DNA of 63,085 nucleotides, filler included, from Sphacelaria rigidula (Eukaryota): the NCBI GenBank assembly GCA_964200075.2. It is 6 parts of 6 records of this genome, joined end to end, with 100 filler letters (N's around TTAATTAATTAA, not from the genome) between each part and the next. Parts side by side here need not be neighbours in the genome. Positions count along the whole stretch, not along the records: positions 1 to 10,433 come from CAXNAA020006503.1; 5 more parts are not named here. One strand, 5' to 3'. Positions 1 through 10,533 of this stretch are shown here, piece by piece. The position numbers and the translations under genes are program-made. Position 1 is the first letter of the stretch. The number at the start of each line of letters is the position of its first letter. The notes below the pieces were generated by a model. That model saw nothing but the letters and a program-made list of their open reading frames with translations, was not told the DNA's origin and ran no database searches.

Positions 1-230
1 CCATCGGGGGTCCGCCCCTACAAAGCCGGGACGGAGCACGCCGGGTTCTCGCCGGACCAGGGTACCGGCACGCATCCCTTTCGCGACGGAGCGGAATAAA
101 AGTTGAGGGGGGGGGGAGGGGGGGGTGTTCCTGAAAGAAAAATCCCAAGCCCCTCTCTGTTCTGCATCTTTTGCTGTATGCACTACAGACAAGAAGACGC
201 CGACAGCTCGGACAGCACGTCCGGAGGTAC

Positions 231-1303
231 CTGGATGGGCAGCGATGCTAGCGACGAGTTTGACAGAGTTGAGCAGCAGCACGTCGTCAGTCTCGTGCAT
301 TGCTTTCACGGCCTCCTCCGCCCCATTGGTGGACAAAATTGCACGCTTCCCTGAATACACACATACATGCGGGGGAAACGTAACAAGAGAGCAGCTCAGT
401 GAGTCAGGTATGCGGACGGGCCGACTGCATACTTACAATCGAGGCAAATCTCGGTTGAATGCGGATAGAAGAGGGCTATTATTACTTACTATCTACAGCA
501 TGAAACAGCTTTTGAAAACCATCTTGTACTTTTCTCTCGGCTTCTCCAGATGAAATCCGTCTCAGCAGCGGTTCTTATGTTGAAAAAAACTAGCATCATT
601 CGAAACTGGGCTGTCTTATGAGAAGAAAAAAAAAGACAATACGCTTAGAAACGTGATACGGTACATTCCGTTATGAGTAAAAACTAAGGGCTGCTGGGCT
701 TTATACATTTCTGCAGATACTGCCCATTACAGCGTACATACTCTATGACAGGAGGGCAAGTGCGCTCAAAGCAGGAAAATGAATACATATCCCGACCATC
801 AAACCTCCAATGAGAAACATCGCGCCACTCTGTTAACGATTGACAACAAGATGAACGAATGGAAGTTCCCCGGTCGAACTTGCAACTGAGCCCATGCCAA
901 GACGGTCACGCCAACCACTGAGCCCCTCAGTCAGCGCTGACTAGGTGGCTCCGTGATTATTTTCATGTCTTGACAGTACCTACTCGCAACTATATCTGTA
1001 ACAAATAAATAAATAAAACTCGTGGACATCGCAGTATTATGTGTGTGTGTATATATACATATGTTCCTGTGTTTCAGAAGCTTGACCAAATGAACAAGTA
1101 TAGTCACAGACGACGACAGTACCCACACTCAGAACTTTCGTGTGTCTGTAATACCCGCCCAGCTGGGCTCGTAGCGCGACATGTGTCAATAAACCCTCAC
1201 CCGCATCAACTGTTGTGATCATCATCAGCGCGCCCATCGCTGCCGCTCGAACTTCGAGTGCGGCGACCTCCAGCAAGGCGGCGAGCATGGTCACTCCATC
1301 GTT
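231..1303 (-). CDS. RSPH14: Two exons (1303-1201, 350-231) of an armadillo-repeat protein resembling radial spoke protein RSPH14/RSP14; partial gene
   Basis: Canonical AG/GT sites and a phase-1 join give NDGVTMLAALLEVAALEVRAAAMGALMMITTVDAG|KRAILSTNGAEEAVKAMHETDDVLLLNSVKLVASIAAHP. This matches from memory the RSPH14 C-terminal ARM repeats (AAGALM..T..EGK...LN..K.L..LA..P). Other exons were not found. Confidence 0.6.
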
Positions 1304-1440
1304 CTAGTCATATCAAGGCACCAAGAAGCATGCAGAAAATTAGTGGTACCGATGGAAACGCATGTACATTCTCACACTGAGAAGGATGCTTAGTCCTCCA
1401 CAGGCACTTGTGGTGAGTTAGGTCTTTTGCCCGGGAGTTT

Positions 1441-1441
<1 letters not shown>

Positions 1442-1514
<73 letters not shown>
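1442..1514. repeat. (CA)n microsatellite, about 36 units
   Basis: Directly visible. Confidence 0.98.
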
Positions 1515-1515
<1 letters not shown>

Positions 1516-1559
1516 GGAAGCAATTCATTGGAAGGTGACACCCATATGCACGACAATCA

Positions 1560-1770
1560 GTACGCTTCGGGTCGAAAATCTTGGCAGGATTCAGCTCACC
1601 CCTCATGCGACGCACCGAACACATTATGGCGCTGTGCGCTTGGTGGTTGATTCCGAGCCTGGTCCGGTAAAAACCCGGCGTGCTCCATCCCGGTTTTTGG
1701 AGGGATACGAGGTCAATGGTGTCATGACCACGGTTTGCAATATCGGAAGTACACCCCCCCCCTCCCTGGA
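1560..1770 (+). repeat. Dispersed repeat of about 170-200 bp (SINE or LINE-tail-like); other copies at 18-61 (-), ~10345-10433 (-) and ~58540-58705 (+)
   Basis: Shared blocks GCAGGATTCAGYTCACCC, GCGCTTGGTG, CCGGCGTGCTCCRTCCCGG and CGAGGTCAATGG between copies. Confidence 0.7.
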
Positions 1771-1789
1771 CCGATAAAGTAGTAGTAGT

Positions 1790-4232
1790 AGTGCTGGTAT
1801 TTGGAGCTCCTCGCGATATGACGAGAATAAAGCTTAAGAGGAAATGCGATGAAGTAGGACTGTGCCATTTAACAATAAGAAACGTGGAAAGAGGGGGAGA
1901 AAACTTCCGAATCACGCTCAAACATGGAGCGAGCAAAGAGTGGGAGAGGATAGAGACAGGAAGAGTGTCGGCATGGGTTAGAACGGTAGGATGGAGAGTG
2001 TGTGAAGCCAACGGAATAGCGAACCTAAGACGTAGTCCTCGGGTGAACGGAGGCAGGGGGGAGTTGAGTGCCCCGAAGGGAAATAGGGGGGGAAATATCG
2101 GCCTGGAGCAAACAACGACCACGCTTGAAAAGGAAAGAACAATTAAGCAAGAGAAAATGTAATACAGGTAAAAACGACGGAGAACAATTGATGAAAGAGA
2201 AGTAGAGCGTGATTCGGAAAAGAAGCCGGGAATAGTCTCGTCGAAAGTGCGCGGATTCGATACGGAAGATCGCACAAGACAAGATATAGCCGAACAAGCA
2301 AGTGAGAGCGACCTAGCTAGAAATAGTGGGAATCCAAGAGTCACGGGGGAATGATGAGGCGGAAATAGGATGCAAAGTTGAAGAGTACGCATGGGTATGG
2401 TAGATGTAGAAGGGACGAAAACGCAAGAATAGTGGAGCGTGAGGAGTAAGACTCTTGGTTAAGGAATACCTGTGTGACGTCATAGAAGTGATCGAAGGCA
2501 CAATATTCGACGAGAGCGTATGGATTACAGTACCAGGAGAGCGGGGAATTAAAAACAAACCGCAGGAAACATCTGTATACTCCCAGGGTCGAATAGTGCG
2601 GTTAACGATTGGCAGAGGAAGTTCAGAAAGATAGCAGCAGCTGCACGAAAGTATAAAGGCGAGGAGAAGTGATGTTAGTGGGGGATTTTCATGCAAGGAT
2701 TGGGAAAGCGAGCCAACCAGATGATGAAGTTCGGCAAAGCGGGGAAACGAAGAATACGAATGGGGTAGAAATGTTGAGGTTCCTTGAGAAAAATAGAGTA
2801 TAATAGCCAGATCCGCAACGGACTAGACAATGCATACAGAAGCGGGGAGAAAGCTTCATTCTTAACTATATAGTGGCAGAATATGGAAGTAGTAAGGAAA
2901 CGGAAGTACACATATGCGCAGCGGACGTAGGAACTACGGATCATTGCCTAGAGACAAGAGTATTGAAAAGTAGGTGGGGTAGGGAGCTGTACAAATGAAG
3001 AAGATATAAACTAAAATTGAAAGGAAAGAGTGTAAGAGTTCCAAGAAGAGATGGCCGAAAATGCAGTGAAATTTTCCGAGCTGCTGGAAAACGTAGGTAC
3101 AGCTAATACCGAAATACAGAAGAAATTGTACGGACGCGAAGGTTATAGACGCATAGAAGCAATTGATCAAGAATACAGCAAGTAAAGTCATGGGGAAGAA
3201 ACTGATCGTATGCAACAGAGCAGTGAAATGGTGGGATGAGGAAATGAAAGAGACTCTTGAGAGTAAGGAGGGGGGCCCACGCGAGATAGATGCGCGAGAT
3301 AGACATCAAATGAAACTACGGTAGGATGGGAGGAGTAGGCTAAAGCTAGTAAAAAGGTAGGAAACATGGTAAAGAATAATAAGAAGGGAACATGGTAAGA
3401 GGTGGTATATAAACCACAGGAAGAGTTTGGTGGCGGGACAAGGCAAATATGGGTTGGGATACAAGGGATAATGGACGACCGGGCAGGAGAGGTGGACAAG
3501 GGGACAGCCACACTACGAGCGCAGAACGGTAAAATAGTTAGTAGTTCAAAGGGAGAGAGAGAAGTACTAGCAGAGCACTATCGAAAACTAGGGACACCAA
3601 CATTTAACGAGAGGATCGACGCGGAATTTGAGAAAGAAGTAGACACGTGGGTAGAGGCTGTGACGCCAGCCAGAAGAAGAACTGGCGGATCACTGCTGTT
3701 GAGGGACTCCCCAGTCTCACTGGCCTGAATTTCAGTCGTAATTTTGTCACAAGGTAAATGAAGAAGTATCAAAACGGAACGGTAGTGGCTCAGAAGAATT
3801 GCAGAGAGAGCTCACAAGAGAGGGAGAAAAAGGAGTGAGTAGCTAAACTCAAGAACAAAAAGGCAGCAGGGGCAGACGAAAGAGTGGATGGACATATGAA
3901 GTACGGGGCACATATGAAGTACGGGGGAGAGGGAATTATTACCATAATGGTTATGCTCTATAATTCGATCTGGGAAAATAAGTACACGCCCAAGAGGTGG
4001 ACAGAAGGAAAAGTCGTGAACCCCTTTTTATAGAGTAGACCAGGCAGACACAGGGAGTTATAGAGGGATAGCGCTAATTAGCACCGTAGGGGAATCACTT
4101 TGTAAGATCCTGAAAGTTAGAGTCGGAACGATGCTGCAGAGGAAATAAAAAATCAGAGAGGGACCGGCAGGGTTTAGACCAAACCGTAGTTGCGTAGATC
4201 ATGGGTACACATTAGGTAAGATTATTCAAGGT
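1790..4232 (+). mobile_element. Degenerate APE-type LINE (ORF1-like region, endonuclease, N-terminal half of RT), truncated within RT
   Basis: Broken frames retain endonuclease motifs (GIQES, GDFHARIG, ESVWITVPGERG) and RT motifs (KLKNKKAAGAD, YRGIALISTVG..LCKIL, AGFRPNRSCVDH), with many stops and frameshifts. Confidence 0.85.
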
Positions 4233-7200
4233 CTTCACGTGCCTGGGAATCAAGACGCCAATGGAAGACGGCGACCCCCCTACGGCAGATATGTGACAGT
4301 GCGTAGATCATGGGAACACATTAGGTGAGATTATTACAGGCCTTGAAGTGCCTGGCAATCAAAATGACCGTGGAAGATGGAGACCCCCTTACGGAAGATA
4401 TGTGTACAGATTGTATATTGGACATGGATGTCATCGTAAATTCTCGCGCGTGCAAGCAACCAGCCTATAGTAGTAAGACCCGATACCGTTCAGTACAAGG
4501 TGTCGGTAGTAAGGATGCAAGAACTGATGTCAGTACGATTCAGTGCGAGGCACCACGTGAAACAGTTCGGAAACCAGTGCTGTAGCCAGTGTGGCTCAGC
4601 CGAGCCAGAACGGCTCCGTGCCTCCATATTGGAAGCTCTGTCGTTGGGTTCAGGGCTGAGGTTCAGAGAGAAGGTTCAGATGAGAGTGAACACTAAGCTA
4701 GGAAGTGACCCTCGGAAGAAGTAATAAAAGCACGGCGATGCCGCGCCCTCTGCGGGTCAGCCGTCTGCCCAACCCATCAAGATCTCTCTCCTCGCAAAAT
4801 CCTTGCTGCGCTTTAAACGGTGCACTGCGAGGGAGCACGCCGCGGTCACACAACACACCTCACGACTGCACAAGATAGTGAGCCTGGAGGAGTACAGAGT
4901 CAGACCCACGCAAGCTGCCAATCTGGACGAGCACTCGCGTGCACTCACGAGAGACAGGGAGCATGGAGACTCGCTCTCGCAGGATACGCAGGGGGAAAGA
5001 AGCTGTACCCTCTGGTGAAACAGTATTGTGCCACGCCGAGCGTTCCGACAGCGATTACAGCGTTGGATCAGTGTAGGGCGTACGAATCGCACCCACGCAA
5101 CACACGCTTGTGGTCCCTCCTGATACAGGCTACAAAGAAGTCAGTAGCAGCTATCATGGCACGATGCGAGCGCAGCGGCAACCCGATGGTAGGGAAGCCT
5201 GACTGTACCTAGAACGCATGCATCGAGGACGTGCACAAGACGAGCGGCCTGTGCAACTACTCGAACTGGAACGAAGACTCCGCGATCTCTAGTTCAAGTC
5301 TACGGGAGAATCCGCGGATTTTATGGTGACCTAGACTCCATCTGAAGGGAATTTGAGTCGCTTGAGAGCGCCAAAGCTGTGGATACTAAGAGAGCAGCCA
5401 TTCCAGTCGGGATCAAGGAGGCGCACCTACAAGTATTCATACAGCCAACAACCCCACCAGGTGTGGCGTATGGTGAGCTTAACCGGGTAGTCGTAGCATC
5501 TTCCACACATATAACGTCCGGCATGGAACGCTGCGACAGAGCTGTAGCGTCCCAATCGAGGAGCGACGGCAAGAAAGCCGGTACGGGGCTCGATAGCAAC
5601 CAGTGCGCATGATGTTCAAAACGGATTCACAGCTGGAGGGAATGCCGACCATATCTCAACGGTAAACCTCACGCTTGCTGCGTGACCGCCGGAGTTGTGT
5701 CCAGCACCAGAGTTTTCACCTCCTCCACACAACGGGTGTAGTTGTGAAAGAAAGGATAGACCAAGGTCATTCACAAACATGAACATAGTGGTCGAAGATG
5801 AGCGAGCTCTCGACAGATATCGAAAAGTATCTATGTTCACGTCGGGCAACAGTCACACAGAGGTATCCATTCCTCCCGAATGCCCATATGTACGGTAAAT
5901 CGAAGCTGTACGTTTGGAGGCAAGGGACGACTGCAGACACCGGCAATAGGGGGAATGTCATTCCACGTAAACGTTCGGGGCAAGGAGGCTCCGGTAAAGG
6001 TCACAGTGAAGAACGTATTTTGGATCCCTGGACTTCCTTGCCGGCTGCTGCGTACCGGAACGATTCGGCGTGTCGGGTTAGGAGTTCGTGAACTCCAGTA
6101 GGAATGAGAGCTACCTTCGGTTCAGAAAAAATGGACCGGAGATCCCTCTAGCCGAGGATGAAGGGTTCCTGACCCTGTCTGCATCCGCATAGGGAAATGG
6201 ACATCCACGTGGCGTCGGCGCACGCTTCACTCGCAAATAAGAAGCAGCGCCTAACATTTGAAGCAATGGCACGACATATTGAAACACATACATTCGGTCG
6301 CCATAAAGCCATAAAGCACCTCGAGAAGCGTAGGCTCATCAATGTAATCGACGCCATGGTCGCTTCCCGGATGCGCTGCAGCGTCTGCAACGGATGTGAA
6401 GCCGACGCGCAGCTACGGGCGGGACGGCGACCGGAATCCCGAAACCCTAGGTGAGGCTATCCCGACCGACCCTGAAGGATATTTCGTGCGGGTGTTATGG
6501 GTATGAAGTTCTTCCAAGTGTTCGTGAACGAGGCAAGTCGAAACCAGCATATTGTCGGGCTCAAGACACGAGATGTCGTTACCGATACCACAGTGTAGTA
6601 CACCGACGAAATTGCTGGTGAGGGGGTGGTCATCAGGTGTATCGGCGGAGATGGCGCAGAGGGACTTTGGCGGTCGGCCGACTTTCAACCTATGCTAGTC
6701 GATCGCGGGAGAAAGTGCCGCTGTTCACCGCTAAGGACACCGCAAAGTAACGGAATAGCTGGACGTGTAATACAACAACTGATGAGGATATCACGAAGCC
6801 AGCAGGCGAGCCGTTCGATAATTTGGCGAGGGATGACTCCCACACGAGGAAGCTGACGATCGCCATCCTACCAGGACAGTCCGACGGAGCAATGAGCCTA
6901 CTAGGTTTCTCCGGGAAAGTAGCCACAGGGTCCCGCAAAACCGCGATAATACGGAAGGGGGCTGCAGACAATACGTGTTCCGAGAAAGAGCAAGACGAGA
7001 GCGACGACGACCGTGACGCTCCGGCGGCCGTGGGGGCGGCGACGACCGTGATGGCCGAGCCTGCGCCGCCTTCCGCCGACGACAATACCAACCCAGAGGC
7101 GAGAGCGTCAGCGACCGCCGCTTCGACCGAAAGTGAGAACGTTGCCGACACTCCTCGATGAACACGAAACAACGAAGAGCGATATGAGGAGGAAATTCAA

Positions 7201-8720
7201 AGGAAGGATACCGAGCCCGAAACCCGAGAGGCTGATGAATCCCTGTGACCATGGATGTCGCCGGCAGACCCCGTGGATCATGCGACTCTAAGCGCTGACA
7301 AGCACCCCCAAAGGCTTAACGCAGAGGCACCGCGGACATGAAGGGAGCCGCAGCTGAAACTGGAGAATCGCACCTTTTCAAGCGGAGATAACCGTGACGA
7401 GGCCCGAATCATCGGAGCACCGGAGACGCGGGGTGATAACGGAAGGGCGAAGCTCGAGGATAAATGTGTACCGAGGGCGGACGGGTGTACCTTGGCCAAG
7501 CAGCGGAGGAACAGCCCGTGGAGAAGGAAGCGACGAAAGTGGCGGGGAGACCAGCCGAGGGTGCGGGATGCACGCCAAGCAAAGACAGACCTGCACAAAG
7601 CAACAAGTGTTCGAGGAGCTGTTCTCAACAAAGGAGATCAAGGCGGAGGATGAGGGCGAAGTCGAGATGAATGCGGAGAGGTCCACCATGCGGCTTCGAC
7701 GGCAAACAATGAAAAGATTTATTGATTTCGTATTAGCACGTCAAGGATGAAATCGTGTCAGCCCTCTGGTGGTACCGCTGTACGATAATGGGGGAGGGTG
7801 CAGATAGGGTGTTGGACGTAGATCCCATACGTAGATTCTCGGACGTGCAATCAACTAGCCTAGTAGGACCCAGTGCCGTTCAGCACAAAGAATCACCGGT
7901 AGGGTTCCAGAATCGGAGCCAGTACGGCTCAGTGCGAGGTACCAGCTGGTGTGATTTCAGCCGAGCCAGAACGGCTCCGTGCTTCCATATTGAAGACTCC
8001 ATAGTTGGGGTACACGGCCGAGGTTCAGAGAGAAGGTTCAGATTAGACTAAGCACTAGACTTGGAGGTGAAGGTGACCTCTGAAGAAAAAATAAAAGCAC
8101 GGCGGTGCAGCGTCTATATACGGGTCAGTCGTCTGCTCAACCGATCAAGATTTCTCTTATGACAAAAAAAGTCTTGCTCCGCTATAAACTGTGCAGTACG
8201 AGAAAAGGCGCCACGGCCACATAACGCACCTCACGAGTTCATAATACGGACTGACGGATGGACACAGTCGTCGTCCCGGCGGAGCAACTCAGGGATTCCT
8301 CGAGCCACAACCACCCAGAACGGGGCCTCCTGATCGACGTGACACACGCCGAGCCCCAGACGGCGGGGCATCTCTACGCATAGCCCGACAGCGCTACTAT
8401 CACGTCGACTACTCTGCATTCGTAACCTTCCAGGCGCGCGAAAATGCACAATACACCCGGCTAGGGCACGCATACTTCGGCCAGCGTAGCTTCTAGCTCG
8501 CCGCCGGTAGTAGCGATAACGAACTTTGGGCGTTTCGGAAAAACGTAGCAGGTAAGGAAGTACTCCAACAGGCAGCTACCAGCGTGGTGGGGGAATAAGA
8601 AGGGGAGGGGGGCTACCCTCGAAAGGGTGCTCTCCTGCACTGCCAGAACAGGTCATGTCCGTGACCGCTCAGATTGTCATACATAACGAGAGAAGTACAG
8701 CGGTACCGGCTGGCATGATC
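4233..8720 (+). mobile_element. C-terminal restriction-like endonuclease (RLE) fragment of a CRE/R2-type non-LTR element (4233-4402 plus 8244-~8720), interrupted by a Copia element
   Basis: Removing 4403-8243 and one TSD copy restores ...VEDGDPLTEDTD*RMDTVVVPAEQLRDSSSHNHPERGLLIDVTHAEPQTAGHL..., the RxD...DVT...P signature of RLE endonucleases. Confidence 0.65.
4403..8243 (+). mobile_element. Old Ty1/Copia LTR retrotransposon, internally deleted (gag/protease/integrase relics, no RT/RNase H seen)
   Basis: Diverged direct LTRs at ~4403-4872 and ~7799-8243. Polypurine tract GGGGAGGG lies just before LTR2. The 5-bp TSD is ATATG/ATACG. Motifs include VTVKNVFWIPGL, H..FG....CSVC and IRCIGGDG...RTPQSNGIAGR (integrase core). 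Confidence 0.85.
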
Positions 8721-9672
8721 GGGGAGAGGAGAGGATGCTGGAGTGCTTGAGTCAGCCTGGAGTCTAGGGCATGGGACTGGACCCTAGCGGCAGTTTGAAG
8801 CTAATTATCGCCACCGGTCGTGTTTGAAACGTCCCACGTTTTTGCAGACGCTGCTGTTCTGGTTTCAGGTCTTTAGGGGGGGGGGGGCTGTCGGGTTTAG
8901 GTTTTCTTCGGGTGTTGCTATTTTCATTTATTTCTTCTTTCATTCTTCTACGACTTTGAATTATCCTTAAACTTGACTTTGTTGTGTGCGTCCTATGTTG
9001 TTCTGTCTCTAGTTTGGGAGGGAAGCTACTCTCTACGTTTTGGGATTTGCTGCAATGGTGCGTAAGACAGGGTACGTGCCCTAAGGTACGCTGGGTTTTG
9101 GGTTAGCTCAAGTACCCAAATACTCCAGGGTACGCAGGGTGCCAACTGCCGAAACCAGAGGGAATTCCGGAGTACCTGGATCATCGACGTAAATAATATC
9201 AAGTAAACACGAGTCCCCACTGGTTCATTATGACTTGTATTGCCGTCAGGAAATGGTAGACTCAGAATTGGCGATTCGAAATGCCAAAAACATACCCTTC
9301 TACGAATAACCATTTCGAATAGAATATAAGGACTCGTGACTAGTATACTACACGCCAATGATCAACCAACTGAAGGAAAACTCTGAGTCAAGAAAAGCAG
9401 TTCTCCGTGGACATCCCCCTTCCCCCCCCCAAACCAACCTCAAAACCGTCACGGAGAAAATGACCATGCAGTCCACGACAGCTGCCCTACGACTGCACTA
9501 AGCGCCTCATTTGGGCGACAGTGACGACAGTGGTTCCAAGCGTGGGAGTTCCCAGCTACTCGGTATGCCCCACCTTTGTCATTTTGATTCGAATGTAGGT
9601 TTTGCCTTGTTGAACCAGCCACTTGTCCGGGAGGAAATACATGGCGACATCACTCCCCAATGCGTATACATG

Positions 9673-9706
<34 letters not shown>

Positions 9707-10433
9707 CACGTGATTGGTCAACAAGATCACGAGATCGGGTGAGACAGATGCAACTCGATAGCAAAGGGACAAGAAAAGGAAAAAGCAATAAAAGACATTC
9801 AAGACCGACATTAAGTCAACCCGACCGGGGACAGAAGACCGGGAGCAAAACGTGCACAACAACTGTTCGAGGACCAGTTACGCGATAGAACAGACGGCCC
9901 GAAGCGGATCACACACTTGAGTCTGACAACGAAGCGAGTGGACCTAAAATTACGGGCAAAGGAAGGAACTCCAACGAAACAAAACCTACTGTGATCCGTT
10001 GCCGGAGGGGGGCTACATTACTACTTGTCATTGCGTTGCGTCTGGGCGTATTTTGCTTGTTTTGTACCGTCGAAATCTTGTTCCTATCCGTGTTGCTGTT
10101 TTCTTTATCGCTCCAGGGATGTGTGTGTATATATGCAGATGCTCATAATGAATGCAATTTAGCGACAACCTATTTTCTTTGCTGGAGAGGTTACCGAAGT
10201 TGGTCGAGTAATCGCGTACACCACACGAGGTCATCCAGTCCTTCACTCGGAGCGGCCATTTATAGAACTCCATGTGCCTTGCAATTTCCCGAAAACCAAT
10301 TCCGAGGCTGTCATTCTCAGAAGGCAAATAAATAAAGGTGGTGGTAAAGGGGGGGGTGGGGGTGTACTCATGATCATGCGTGCCATAGTCATCAGACCAT
10401 TGACCTCGCATTCCTACAAAGCCGGGACGGAGC

Positions 10434-10533
10434 NNNNNNNNNNNNNNNNNNNNNNNNNNNNNNNNNNNNNNNNNNNNTTAATTAATTAANNNNNNNNNNN
10501 NNNNNNNNNNNNNNNNNNNNNNNNNNNNNNNNN
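10434..10533. other. Artificial 100-bp contig spacer N44-TTAATTAATTAA-N44; repeated at 20966-21065, 31497-31596, 42027-42126 and 52557-52656
   Basis: Identical stop-in-six-frames linker five times, about 10.53 kb apart. Confidence 0.98.

Noticed and set aside
1308-2392. ORFs with (CV)n or (HT)n repeats, and the 324-aa minus-strand ORF
   Set aside because: These are read-through of the CA microsatellite and the antisense strand of a purine-rich LINE.
10478-10489. TTAATTAATTAA palindrome as a regulatory or recombination site
   Set aside because: It is an artificial linker embedded in N runs.
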